Positions 29,914 through 41,364 of a DNA stretch of 64,000 nt are shown in pieces. Origin of the DNA: an uncultured delta proteobacterium (GTDB lineage: Bacteria; Desulfobacterota; Syntrophia; Syntrophales; UBA2185); NCBI GenBank assembly GCA_963695875.1, contig CAVOID010000011.1:32001-96000 (forward strand), read 5' to 3'. Position 1 is the stretch's first letter, and each line of letters begins with the position of its first letter. The position numbers and the translations under genes were made by a program. The notes under the pieces were generated by a model. It worked only from the letters and a program-made list of their open reading frames with translations, was not told the origin of the DNA and made no database searches.

Positions 29914-32050
29914 CGCGGCGGCGAACATCGATGTTGACATCGGCGGGACCTTCACCGATGCCCTGGTTTCCTGGAGGGGCAAGACGGTAGCGGTCAAGAC
30001 GCCGACAACCGGCTACAACCTTGCGGTCGGATTTATGCGGGCCTTGCAGGAATCGGCCGAAGTTCTCGGCATAGATGCAAAGAGCCTGCTTACGGAAACG
30101 GAGATGATCCGCTACTCCACGACTGTTGCTATGAATAAACTGCTGGAACGGAAAGGCCCCCGCCTCGGTTTGCTCACTACCCGGGGATTTGAGGACACCA
30201 TCCTGGTCGGCAAGGGGGCTCAGTGGGCGGATGGGCTGCCGGTCCGTGAACGCCGCAATGTCGCCCGGGCGGTGCGTCCCGAACCGCTTATCTCACGCGA
30301 CATGATCGAGGGGGTTAAAGAACGCGTCGATTCGAAGGGTGCGATTGTCGCCCCTCTCGACGAGGAGAATGTGCGGCAGAAGGTTCTCAGCCTGGTGGAT
30401 CGCGGCGCTCAGGGAATGGTAGTAGCCCTGCTATGGTCATATCTCAACCCTGTCCATGAGCGCCGCATCCGCGAGATCATCCGGGAGCTCTTCCCGGACT
30501 GTTACCTGGGAAGCACGCCGGTCTTCCTCTCGAGCGAGGTCCTGCCCAAGCGGTTTGAGTATACCAGGACGATGACGACCATCCTCAACGCTTACCTGCA
30601 CCAGTCACTCTGGGAGGAAACCCTGGTTATGAGCGAGGAGGTACGAGCCAAGGGGTATGGGCGTTCGCTCTATCTGGTGCATAACAGCGGCGGCATGGCC
30701 ACCGCGTTTAAAACCTCGGCGGTCCAGACCTACAACGGCGGGCCGGTGGCCGGATGCATGGGAGCATCCTTCCTGGCAGGGCAGATGGGTTTTGAAACCG
30801 TCGTCGTCGCCGATATGGGCGGAACGAGCTTTGACGTAAGCCTGGTCGAGCAGGGCCGCCCCGGCAGCCACGTGGCCCAGCCGCTCATCGACCGCTGGCA
30901 GGTCGGGATGGCCATGGTGGAAACTAAGTCCATTGGTGCGGGAGGCGGCTCGATAGCCTGGATCGATGAATCAGCTGGCCGCCGTCTTGAAGTCGGCCCG
31001 CAATCGGCGGGGTCCATACCCGGGCCTGCGGCCTACGATCAGGGCGGCTCGGAAGCAACGGTTACTGACGCCGATTTCGTCCTCGGCTATCTCAACCCGG
31101 ATTATTTCCACGGTGGCCGGATACCGATCAACCTGAAGAGGGTCCGGTCGGTTATCCAGGAGCGGATTGCCGGACCGCTTGGACTATCGGTTGAGGAAGC
31201 TGCCGTCCTCATCAGGAAGGTTCTCGACGCCCGGATGGGAGCAACCCTCTTCAAGGAAACTGCGCTCCGCGGTTACGACACGCGGCAGCTGACCCTGTTT
31301 GCCTGCGGAGGCGCCGGACCGGCACACTGTTGCGGCTTTGGAGCGGAAGCCCGCTTATCGCACATTATTACCTTTCCCTTCTCGCCCGTTTTCTGTGCCT
31401 TCGGCTCCTCGACCATGGATATAAGGCATGTCTACGAACAGTCCTGCCGCATTCAGATCCTAGAAGCGGGCGGAAAACAGTGGCTGAAGGATTACCCGTC
31501 CTTCAACAGGGTTATCGAGCGTCTCCGGGAACTGGCCCAGCGGGACATTCGCGGTGAGGGATTGCCTGTCGACCGGGCCCTCTATGAGCTTGAACTCGAT
31601 ATAAAGTTCGGCGGTCAGCTCAACATCAAACGGACCGTCTCGCCCCGGCTCGTCCTGCAGTCAGATGACGATGTCAAGGCTCTTTATGAGAAGTTTGTCT
31701 CCGCCTACTCCCGCGCCTACAGCCCCATCTCTGTTTTTCCGGCGGGTGGTGTGGAAATCCACAACTTCATCCTCCACGCCATCGTTCCCCGGCCGAAACC
31801 GGATCTGCCAAGGTACCGGCTGCACAGACAAACACCGTATATAACTGCGGTCAAAAAACCCCGGCCGGTCTATTGGCCCGAATTTGGCGATTTCCGGGAA
31901 ACACCGATCTACGAGGACGGTTCACTGGAGCCGGGCAATGTCATTGCAGGGCCGGCAATTATCGAGGCCCCCGATACGACCACGGTCGTCCCGCACGGAT
32001 GGAACTATACCATGAATGAGTTCCGGGCCGGAATCATTAAGAAAGAGTAA
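29900..32050 (+). CDS. Hydantoinase/oxoprolinase-A family subunit, ApcC-like
   Basis: IDVDIGGTFTD, RYSTTVAMNKLL, GKGAQWADG, DMGGTSFD, GAGGGSIA, GPQSAGSIPGP. Confidence 0.88.
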   Translation: MVRRDAAANIDVDIGGTFTDALVSWRGKTVAVKTPTTGYNLAVGFMRALQESAEVLGIDAKSLLTETEMIRYSTTVAMNKLLERKGPRLGLLTTRGFEDTILVGKGAQWADGLPVRERRNVARAVRPEPLISRDMIEGVKERVDSKGAIVAPLDEENVRQKVLSLVDRGAQGMVVALLWSYLNPVHERRIREIIRELFPDCYLGSTPVFLSSEVLPKRFEYTRTMTTILNAYLHQSLWEETLVMSEEVRAKGYGRSLYLVHNSGGMATAFKTSAVQTYNGGPVAGCMGASFLAGQMGFETVVVADMGGTSFDVSLVEQGRPGSHVAQPLIDRWQVGMAMVETKSIGAGGGSIAWIDESAGRRLEVGPQSAGSIPGPAAYDQGGSEATVTDADFVLGYLNPDYFHGGRIPINLKRVRSVIQERIAGPLGLSVEEAAVLIRKVLDARMGATLFKETALRGYDTRQLTLFACGGAGPAHCCGFGAEARLSHIITFPFSPVFCAFGSSTMDIRHVYEQSCRIQILEAGGKQWLKDYPSFNRVIERLRELAQRDIRGEGLPVDRALYELELDIKFGGQLNIKRTVSPRLVLQSDDDVKALYEKFVSAYSRAYSPISVFPAGGVEIHNFILHAIVPRPKPDLPRYRLHRQTPYITAVKKPRPVYWPEFGDFRETPIYEDGSLEPGNVIAGPAIIEAPDTTTVVPHGWNYTMNEFRAGIIKKE

Positions 32051-32065
32051 AAGGAGAATCCCGCC

Positions 32066-34123
32066 ATGCCTGTCAGCCGACAGCAACTGCTCGACTGGAT
32101 CAAGCCGGAAAAACCGACCGTTGAGGAACTCGATTGCCTCCGGGCCCTGAAGCCCGGTGATTATGAAATTTACTCCGAGAAACTGAACATGATCCTTGAT
32201 GAAGCGGCGGAGGTATTCGTTAAGACCGGTGTTTCCTCCATGCTTCATTCCGGCGACCTGGTGGTGGGTCTTTACACCGCCGCGGGCGACATGGTTGCCG
32301 CTTCGTGCGGCACTTATCTCCACGCCGTAACTGCCCAGTTGCCGATCAAGTATATCCTCCACGCCTTCCGTAACGAGCCCAGCGTGGGCATCCGCGAGGG
32401 CGATATTTTCTACTGCAACGACGGGCTTTATGGAGGCATTCATAACCCGGACCAGATCGCCATTATGCCCATCTTCTTTGAGAACGTGCTGATTGCCTGG
32501 TCCTGTGCCGCCGTCCACCAGCCGGAGACCGGGGCAACCGAACCAGGCGGCATGCCTGCATCGGCAAAGAGCCGTCACCATGAGGGCATGAAGCTCTCAC
32601 CTATCAGGATCGGCGAGAACTACCAGCTGCGGGCGGACCTGATGGAGATGATGGAGAACATGATCTCCCGGGCCCCGCGGATGCAGGTCATCGACGTACG
32701 TGCGCGGGTAACCGCTGCCGACCGGATAAGGGTTCGGACTCAGGAACTGGCGGCTACAGCGGGCGCCCGCCTGCTTACCGGCCTGTTCCGCCAGATGCTC
32801 ATCAACTCCGAGGAAGGAGCCCGCAAGCGAATTCGCGGCTGGTGTGACGGTACCTACCGGGCCGTCTCATTCGCTGATACTCTCGGGACGGTGGAATCGC
32901 TGATCAGGACAATGCTCGCCATAATTAAACAGGGTGAAGAGCTGACCTTCGACTTCACCGGGACTTCCCCGGAAAACGAAGGGCCCGTCAACGCTTTTGC
33001 CCACATCACCGCGGCACACATGGCCATCTATCTGTACGCATATGCCTTCCATGATCTGCCGATCAGCTCCGGCACCTTTGCCCCGCTGAAGTTCATCGTG
33101 CCTGCAGGGTCACTCCTCAACGCCAGTCCGGAGGCGGCCATCTCCCAATCGGTCTATGCCTGCTACCAGGTCACCGTGCTGGCACCGATCGTCTTCAGCA
33201 AGATGATGTATGCGAGCGCACAACGGAATCTGGTGACGGCCGGAGCCGGCAATAACCATACCGTACCCTTCATTTACGCGGGCATCAACCAGTACGGGGC
33301 AAGGGTAGCCGACTTGCTGGCTTACCCTTTCAACGCCGAGGGAGGCGGGGCCAGGTCCGATATGGATGGCGTGGACTGCTACGGCTTTCCTTACGCCCAC
33401 TATGGCCGTGGGCCGGACGTGGAGGATGTGGAAAACGAGACGATGTTTCTCCACCTCTTTCAGAACATCTTGTCCGACAGCGGCGGGATCGGCAAGTTCC
33501 GGGGCGGTACGGCAGTCCAGACCATGCTCCTGCTCTACCACACACCACGCGTAGCCGTAAGCACCATGGGCATCACGACCCGGGTCGCGGTGGGTCAGGG
33601 TCTCTTCGGCGGCTATCCGCCGGATATCGTGCCCGGCATACAGGTGGCAGGGAGCAATACCCTGGAACTGATGAAAGCAGGAGCGGAACTACCCCGGGAC
33701 AGCAGGGAACTGGCAGCTAGATGCAGCATCGCGGGGACATACAGCTTTGAGCGGACGGCGCGTCCGAGCCGCATGCTCTCCAAGGGCGACCTGATCACCG
33801 CCATCGGTTCCGGCGGCAGCGGCTACGGCGACGTGCTTGAAAGGGATCCCGAATTGGTCGCCGCAGATGTCCGCTCCAGCCGCGTGTCCCGCTGGTCAGC
33901 CGAGAATGTTTACCGGGTTGCCATCGACGGAAAAACCGGCCTCGTCGATCAGAAACAAACCGCACGGCTGCGGGAGGAGGAGCGGCAGGCCCGCCTGGCA
34001 CGGGGGATGTCCTTCGAGGAGTTTATGAAAGACTGGAGCACCCTCAAACCGCCGGCGGACATGCTAGGCTTTTACGGTAACTGGCCCGATGCCTCACCCA
34101 ACAGGCTGATCATGCGTCTCTAA
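32066..34123 (+). CDS. Hydantoinase-B family catalytic subunit, ApcD-like
   Basis: SGD, SCGTYLHAV, NDGLYGGIHNPD, VHQPETGATEPGGMP, DSGGIGKFRGG, GGSGYGDVLERDP. Confidence 0.88.
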   Translation: MPVSRQQLLDWIKPEKPTVEELDCLRALKPGDYEIYSEKLNMILDEAAEVFVKTGVSSMLHSGDLVVGLYTAAGDMVAASCGTYLHAVTAQLPIKYILHAFRNEPSVGIREGDIFYCNDGLYGGIHNPDQIAIMPIFFENVLIAWSCAAVHQPETGATEPGGMPASAKSRHHEGMKLSPIRIGENYQLRADLMEMMENMISRAPRMQVIDVRARVTAADRIRVRTQELAATAGARLLTGLFRQMLINSEEGARKRIRGWCDGTYRAVSFADTLGTVESLIRTMLAIIKQGEELTFDFTGTSPENEGPVNAFAHITAAHMAIYLYAYAFHDLPISSGTFAPLKFIVPAGSLLNASPEAAISQSVYACYQVTVLAPIVFSKMMYASAQRNLVTAGAGNNHTVPFIYAGINQYGARVADLLAYPFNAEGGGARSDMDGVDCYGFPYAHYGRGPDVEDVENETMFLHLFQNILSDSGGIGKFRGGTAVQTMLLLYHTPRVAVSTMGITTRVAVGQGLFGGYPPDIVPGIQVAGSNTLELMKAGAELPRDSRELAARCSIAGTYSFERTARPSRMLSKGDLITAIGSGGSGYGDVLERDPELVAADVRSSRVSRWSAENVYRVAIDGKTGLVDQKQTARLREEERQARLARGMSFEEFMKDWSTLKPPADMLGFYGNWPDASPNRLIMRL

Positions 34124-34149
34124 GAACCATCCCACAGGAAACAAGAACG

Positions 34150-35010
34150 ATGGGGAAAACCCGCTTCCAAGACTTGATCGCCCATGGTCCACTCTTCATA
34201 CCCCGCTGGGGCAGCTACCTCGGCCGGTTAGAGCAGCGACCGACACCTGAGATCTTCGAAAATCCGGTACGGCTGTGCATGGCCCTCCGACGGACACAGC
34301 AACTCTTCGCCCTGAACGCAATTTGCATCGACCTGTCCGCGGAACGGATCATCTGTTCGCATCCATTGAAGATGAATGAACCTCGGAGTGATTTTGAGGT
34401 CATGCTGGAGGCTTATCGAGGACTCAGCCGGATCATCGAACCTGCAGTCGGGCTTTTCTCGTATATACCGGGACCGGGAAACTTGAGCCGGGCGATTGTC
34501 CGGCCGGCTTCACTAACAGAAACTGCATGGTTCGAGCGGTGTCGTGATACCGTATTTTCCCTCATACGTCACCTGGGCGAGGCAAACATCTTTACTGCGG
34601 TTTTCATCGATGAGGGCATGATTAATACAACGGATTTCTCCGCCGGTCACTGCCGGACTCTCCGGGCGATTTTCAATCTCCTTACCTTCTATGAATTGGC
34701 GGTGATGTTGATCAGGCAGGCGCCGCCGGATGAGGAAGCGGCTCAATCCGGGATCGAAGAGTTGAACCCTACAGCCATCGTATTCCAATCCGACCGGACA
34801 ACAGTCGCGAAGAACCCGGCATTCACAGGGTTAACAGGCCGGGCCATCTCTCCGGGACTCCTTACAAGCGGCAACGACGTTGCAGTCAGGACAATCTCTG
34901 ATATGCTCGAACATGGGGTTGCCATCATTACCACTGCCGGCGAAGTTCCCCCGAATGTGGAACCCCGAACTATTCATGCTTTCAGCCGACACATTCGTGA
35001 TCATACCTGA
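34150..35010 (+). CDS. Divergent URO-D/MtaA-fold-like protein at the ApcE position
   Basis: PLFIP, GPG, FIDEG and IITTAGEVP resemble uroporphyrinogen-decarboxylase-like barrels. Fifth gene of the operon. Confidence 0.55.
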   Translation: MGKTRFQDLIAHGPLFIPRWGSYLGRLEQRPTPEIFENPVRLCMALRRTQQLFALNAICIDLSAERIICSHPLKMNEPRSDFEVMLEAYRGLSRIIEPAVGLFSYIPGPGNLSRAIVRPASLTETAWFERCRDTVFSLIRHLGEANIFTAVFIDEGMINTTDFSAGHCRTLRAIFNLLTFYELAVMLIRQAPPDEEAAQSGIEELNPTAIVFQSDRTTVAKNPAFTGLTGRAISPGLLTSGNDVAVRTISDMLEHGVAIITTAGEVPPNVEPRTIHAFSRHIRDHT

Positions 35011-35012
35011 TA

Positions 35013-37362
35013 TTATTTCTCCAGGGCAATCTTCAAGACCTCAAGCATTTCATCGACAAAGTAAAATTGAATGTCCTTCTGGACCTTATGGGGAATGTCC
35101 ACTAAATCCTTCTTGTTCCATTTAGGCAGGATTAATGTTTTAATGCCGGCGCGGTGGGCCGCCAGAACCTTTTCCTTAATACCCCCGACAGGAAGCACAA
35201 GCCCACGCAAAGTAATTTCACCGGTCATGGCGAGGTCGTCCTTGACCTTCCTCCCGGTAAGAAGCGACGCCAGGGCCGTGAGCATGGTGACACCTGCCGA
35301 TGGTCCGTCCTTGGGAATAGCACCGGCCGGTACATGGATATGAATATCATTCTCTTCAAAAAAATCGACGTTGATACCGATATCTCCTGCATTTGACCGG
35401 ATAAAACTTAAGGCAGCTGCTGCCGATTCCTTCATTACTTCGCCCGAGCTGCCCCGTCAATGTCAGAGCTTTTTTCCCTTTCATGGCCGTAGCTTCGACA
35501 AAGAGGATATCGCCGCCTGTCGGTGTCCAGGCAAGGCCTGTCGCCACACCCGGTTTGGATGTTCTTGCGCTGACTTCCGAAATAATGCGGATGGGGCCCA
35601 GATATTTGTGCAGATCCTTAACCTTGATGAAAGCATTTTTCAGATCCCCTTCGGCCACCATGCTCGCTACTCCCCGGCATACGGTGCCGATCTCCCGTTC
35701 AAGATTTCTCAGGCCGGCTTCCCGCGTATATCCTGAAATGATCTGATTGATTGCCGCTCTCGTAAAGCTTATCTGTTCTGAAGAAAGACCGTTGGCCGAT
35801 ATCTGTCTGGGGATAAGATACCGCTCGGCAATCTTGACCTTCTCATCCTGTGTGTAGCCGGGAAGCTCGATAACTTCCATCCTGTCACGCAGTGCCGGAG
35901 GGATCGTATCCAGGATATTCGCAGTGGTAATGAATATGACGTGGGAGAGATCAAACGGTACATCCAGATAATGATCCATAAAAGAATAATTCTGCTCCGG
36001 ATCGAGTACTTCAAGGAGCGCTGAGGATGGGTCTCCCCGGAAATCGCTGCCGACCTTGTCTATTTCATCCAGGACAAATACAGGATTATTAGATTCCGCC
36101 CTTCTGATGCCTTGAATAATGCGGCCCGGAAGGGCTCCCACGTATGTGCGGCGGTGCCCGCGGATTTCTGCTTCGTCCCTCACACCTCCGAGAGCAATGC
36201 GCACAAATTTACGGCCCAGGGCATGGGCGATGGAAAGGGCCAGGGAAGTCTTACCTGTGCCGGGAGGTCCTGCAAAACACAGGATCGGTCCTTTTGAATC
36301 GGGCTTCAGCTTCCGCACGGCAAGGTACTCCACGATACGCTTTTTGGGTTTTTCTAGCCCGAAATGGTCTTCATCCAGTGTTTTTCTCGCCTTTTTGATA
36401 TCAAGAATATCTTCCGTACTTTCAGTCCATGGAAGGGCTGTCATCCAGTCCAGGTAAGTGGACGACACTGTGTATTCAGCGGAAGACGGATGCATACGGG
36501 ACAGGCGCTCCAGCTCGCGAAGAGCTTCTTTTTTTGCTTCTTCCGGAAGATTTTTTTTCTCTATCTTGGCGCGGTATTCGTCGACTTCAACCTTTGTTTC
36601 ATCCGTCTCTCCCAATTCCTGCTTTATCGCTTTGAGCTGTTGACGGAGGTAGTATTCACGCTGAGTTTTATCTATATCATCCTTTATCTGGGACTGGATC
36701 TTGCTGCCCAATTCAAGAATCTCCACCTGGTGATTTATGAGGCGAGTGACTTCTCTCAGACGCTGTTTAACGTCGATTATTTCCAGGATATTCTGTTTTT
36801 CTTCCGCCGTGGCATTTATGATGGATGCAATTACGTCAGCCAATACACCGGGAGAAGTGATAGACTTGGCCATAGTACCGAACTCTTGAGGCAAAACCGG
36901 TGACAGCTTGACCATCTTTTCAAACAGCCCGGTAAGATTTGTCATAAGCGCCTCTACCTCTATATCCTTTTCCACTACATCTTCCACAACCTCCACCCGT
37001 GCCTGAGAATATGACTTGCCCTCTACAAATTCTACAATTTTACATCTGCTGATACCCTGAACAAGAAGATTTGCCCCACTGTCCCCTACTTTTGCCATCC
37101 TCAGGATCACAACAATCGTCCCCACGTTATAAAAATCCTCATGTCTGTCTTTGACCTCTAATGGCGGTTTCTTGGACATGACGAGTCCGATGATACGATC
37201 CGCAGCCATCGCCTCATCGACGAGGGTAATAGAATGCTCACCGATAACCTCCAGCGGAAATACCATATTCGGAAAGACTACAATGTTAAATAAAGGCATG
37301 ATAGGCAAGATATCCGGTATGTTAAGAGTTTTTAATTCCTCGGGCGGTTTCTGATCCGGCAT
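35013..37362 (-). CDS. lon: ATP-dependent protease Lon; frameshift near 35445
   Basis: [58 protein letters not shown]. Confidence 0.95.
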
Positions 37363-37420
37363 ATAAACCTCCAAAATGGATTTACTGGTTGAACTATATT
37401 AAATGAATCATATAGTGTGA

Positions 37421-37858
37421 TTAGTCTTCCAGAATAGGTATCCTACGGACTTTATCCAAAGGCAACTTAGCCATCCAGATTTGCAGAAGCCCATCCGTAT
37501 ACGTTGCTTTAACCGAATCGGTATCAACGGGATAGGGAAGAGTAAGTTTTCTTTCAAAATATCCGTATGTGATTTCAGCCAGGTGATATCTTGTATTTCC
37601 CGTAACCGGCTTTTCCCGCTTTCCATAAATTCTCAGCACCCTCTGATCAATCTCCAAAAACAGATCCTCCCTTCGGGCACCTGCAATATCGACCAATATC
37701 ATGATCTCATCAGGAGATTCATAAATATCCACCTGAGGCCTCCATACATTTTGATAAACGGCAAAAGTTGAGTTAAGCAACCGGAACATCTCATCGAAAC
37801 TTCGTCGAAATTCGGAATCAATACCTCCGAGACCATCTGAAAATCTTATTTTTATCAT
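37421..37858 (-). CDS. Hsp20 / alpha-crystallin small heat shock protein
   Basis: WRPQVDIYE, EITYGYFER, ATYTDGLLQI. Upstream of lon. Confidence 0.92.
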   Translation of the reverse strand: MIKIRFSDGLGGIDSEFRRSFDEMFRLLNSTFAVYQNVWRPQVDIYESPDEIMILVDIAGARREDLFLEIDQRVLRIYGKREKPVTGNTRYHLAEITYGYFERKLTLPYPVDTDSVKATYTDGLLQIWMAKLPLDKVRRIPILED

Positions 37859-37906
37859 TTTCGTCTCCTGTATATTGACGGTAAGTAATGCTGTCTATTG
37901 TAATTA

Positions 37907-37936
37907 AAGTTAGCACTAATAAACACATTTTGTAAA
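37907..37936 (-). promoter_or_regulatory. Candidate promoter overlapped by a degenerate CIRCE (HrcA) site
   Basis: Minus strand TTTACA-18-TAACTT containing TAGTGCTAA (8/9 match to the CIRCE arm GAGTGCTAA). Confidence 0.4.
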
Positions 37937-38124
37937 GAATTTCTATACCACAAGCGCAATGATCGTTTCCCTTCATTTTTACCTGGCATCATGATATATA
38001 ATTCGACCTGTTCAACAAATGACTCTTTGAAACATACGTGATGGAGTGCCGTCACAAAAAATATTGAAATCCTTCCTGCCTCCACTTTGCTGAAGGGAGG
38101 ATGGGGGATTTTTTGAGGTCTCCT

Positions 38125-38679
38125 ATGCTTCTCAAACCCTGGACTATTATTTCAAGCCGCGTTGACAAATCTTACCGGGTTTTCAACCTGCGCGCCGATC
38201 GTGCCTGTTCGCCACGCACAAACCAGACGCATGATTTTTATGTTCTGGAGTCTCCGCCATGGGTCAACATCATCCCCCTGACACCAGAGAACGATGTTGT
38301 ATTAATCCATCAGTACCGCCTTGGCATTCGAGATATTACTCTGGAGATTCCCGGCGGACTTGTTGAAGACTCCGACTCACCCGAAGAGGCAGCCCGCCGT
38401 GAACTGTGGGAAGAAACAGGTTACCGCGAAGAAACGCTTATCCCGCTTGGCGCTATACATCCTAACCCGGCTATTCAAAATAATCTTTGCTATACATTCC
38501 TTGCCAGGAATGTACTCCCCATGGGACAACAGAATCAGGATGAACGCGAGGACATCGAAGTGGTTCTCCGTCCACTTTCAGAGATTCCCCGGCTGATTAG
38601 AGAGGGAATGATTACCCATGCCCTGGTCATTGCGGCATTTTACCGCTTTTATATGGAGTATCTGCCGGACATGAAATGA
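38125..38679 (+). CDS. NUDIX hydrolase (ADP-ribose pyrophosphatase-like)
   Basis: QYR, EIPGG...EEAARRELWEETGY Nudix box. Confidence 0.9.
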   Translation: MLLKPWTIISSRVDKSYRVFNLRADRACSPRTNQTHDFYVLESPPWVNIIPLTPENDVVLIHQYRLGIRDITLEIPGGLVEDSDSPEEAARRELWEETGYREETLIPLGAIHPNPAIQNNLCYTFLARNVLPMGQQNQDEREDIEVVLRPLSEIPRLIREGMITHALVIAAFYRFYMEYLPDMK

Positions 38680-40413
38680 AAACAGAACAAGACAGAAGTG
38701 TGGTCGACGTCATCAAGAATCGCATTCAGGCAGCGCGGGGGGAAATCGAGCCTGATCTGATCTTGAAGGGCGGCATGGTAATCAATGTATTTTCTCACGA
38801 GGTCATAGAGGCAGATGTGGCCATCTATGATGGTGTCATCGTGGGACTCGGAGCATACGAAGGAGCCAGGACCGTCGACGTAAAAGGACAGTACATCTGC
38901 CCCGGCTTTATCGATGGGCATTTCCACATTGAAAGTACCATGCTTTCACCGCCTGAACTTGCCAAGGCAGTCCTTCCCCGCGGAACCACCGCAATCAGTT
39001 GCCGATCCGCATGAGATTGCCAACGTACTGGGAAAGAAAGGCATCCGGTACATCATGGAGAGCAGCCGAGGTCTTCCTGTAGATTTTTATATCATGCTGC
39101 CTTCATGTGTTCCTGCAACCCATCTGGAAACTTCCGGAGCTCATTTATCCCGTGAAGATCTGATAACTTTCACGGGCGAGCGGCGTGTTCTGGGCCTTGC
39201 GGAAATGATGAATTACCCCGGGGTTATAACAGGTGTAAACGACGTGTTGGAAAAGATTACAGCCTTCTGCGATATGGTTAAGGATGGTCATGCCCCCCTT
39301 CTTACCGGCAAAGACCTCAATGCCTATATTACCGCCGGGCTTCGTTCGGATCATGAATGTACCGGGCTTTCGGAAGCCAGGGAAAAAATGAGGCTGGGTA
39401 TGCATATCATGCTCAGGGAGGGAACCCAGGAAAAAAATTTGAAAGCTCTTCTGCCACTTGTTTCACCGGCCACAGTGGGGCAATGTTCAATGGTTTCCGA
39501 TGACCTCCATCCCCATGATCTCTTGCACAGGGGCCATTTGAATCATCTGGTCGACATGGCCATAAATTATGGCATCGATCCCATCCTTGCCGTCATTATG
39601 GTTACACTCAGCACGGCCCGTTTCTTCGGCTTAAAGGATCTCGGTGCCGTGGCCCCTGGCTATCAGGCCGATCTGCTGATACTGTCGTCACTCAGACCAG
39701 TGGAAGTACAGACCGTCATAAAGAATGGGCATATCGTCTGCGAAGGTGGACACTATACCGCTCCTATACGACAACAATCCCCGATGGATTACCTGACTGC
39801 CATGAACATCAAGCCTTATGGTCCGGATTCATTCGTCATACCTGAAAAAGGTGAGTTTATTCGTGTAATCGGCATGATCAAAGACCAGATAATCACAAAG
39901 AGCGCTGTTACAAAGGCCCCCATAGAAAACGGGGTCGTGGTATCAGATATCCAAAAGGATTTAATCAAAATTGCTGTTATTGAGCGTCATCATAACACGG
40001 GAAACATCGGGCTCGGTATGGTTCATGGATTCGGTTTAAAGCAAGGCGCCCTTGCTTCATCTATTGCCCATGACTCCCATAACATCATATCTGTGGGATG
40101 CAATGATCCGGATATGTATAAAGCAGTCAAGACCGTGGAAACTATGGGAGGAGGCCTTGCCGCCGTCAAAGACGGAGAGGTTCTGGCAAGGCTTCCGCTT
40201 CCGATTGCCGGACTCATGTCTGAGTTGCCTCTCAAGCAAGTAGCTCATAACCGGAAGGAAATGATACATGTCTCGAGGTATTTAGGTTGTCATTTAAAAG
40301 AACCTTTTATGGCCCTTTCCTTCCTGGCATTGCCTGTCATCCCGGCGTTGAAAATTACAGATAAAGGACTGGTTGATGTAACACAATTTATACATGTACC
40401 ATTGTTTGTATGA
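38676..40413 (+). CDS. ade: Adenine deaminase; frameshift near 38995
   Basis: PGFIDGHFHIES, DPHEIANV, LAEMMN, DGHAP, SDHEC, AHDSHN, FLALPVIP. Confidence 0.93.
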
Positions 40414-40670
40414 GGTTGACCCTCCCATCTGTCCCGGAAGTTGTCCTGAGTCTGTTATAGGATGCCAGTCTTCATAGGTAGCATATACCTATCATTGTTC
40501 TTCTATTTTATCCTCATTGCCTTCTGTAGATCAGCGCATTACTCTGCACTTATATTCACGAACATAAAAGTGAATTTCTATTAAACATCTAAATATACGC
40601 GGGTGTCATCACTTTAGTAGGACAATGGATTCTTAGAGCTTAGAGTCTTAATTATAATGGGGAGGAAGAT

Positions 40671-41192
40671 ATGGAAATCGAAGGGAAACGAATTGTCTTA
40701 CTGGTAGAAGACCGCTATCAGGTTTTGGAACTGTGGTACCCGCTGATCAGGCTCCGGGAGGCCGGAGCCGAGGTGACAGTGGCGGGCCCGGAGGGTGGGA
40801 GTGTTTACAAAAGCGGTCAGGGCTATGAAATCACAGCCGATGCTTCTGCTCGCAGCATCGGGATTCAGGAATATGATGCGATAATTGTTCCGGGTGGATA
40901 TGCCCCCGATTTAATGCGGCGCAATCCTGCGATGGTCGCACTCGTGAGGGATGCATATGATCAGGGTAAAGTGGTGGCGGCTATCTGTCATGCCGGTTGG
41001 ATGCTGGCTTCGGCTGGCATCGTTCGAGGTAAGCGGGTTACCAGCTTCTACAGCATAAAGGATGATATGATCAACGCCGGAGCAATCTGGCTGGATGAAC
41101 CTGTCGTCTGTGACGGCCGGATCATAACTTCGCGCAAACCCGAAGATCTGCCTTTCTTTTGCCGTGAGATTATCTCCGCACTCTCGAAATGA
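40671..41192 (+). CDS. PfpI-type intracellular protease / type 1 glutamine amidotransferase domain
   Basis: ELWYP, VPGGYAPD, AAICHAGW, ITSRKPEDL. Confidence 0.92.
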   Translation: MEIEGKRIVLLVEDRYQVLELWYPLIRLREAGAEVTVAGPEGGSVYKSGQGYEITADASARSIGIQEYDAIIVPGGYAPDLMRRNPAMVALVRDAYDQGKVVAAICHAGWMLASAGIVRGKRVTSFYSIKDDMINAGAIWLDEPVVCDGRIITSRKPEDLPFFCREIISALSK

Positions 41193-41364
41193 AGCCGGCA
41201 AACTTAAAGATGAGCAAAATGAATCAAGCGGCAGAGTTGTCATAGAAGAACCGGCTGCCGCGGATTCACTTTGATAATAACTCTTTACCCGGTGTAATTA
41301 ATGCGGAGAAAAGAACCAATCGGATCTTGTGGATAAAGTGCTATTGTATGTAAGGAGGTTTCAA

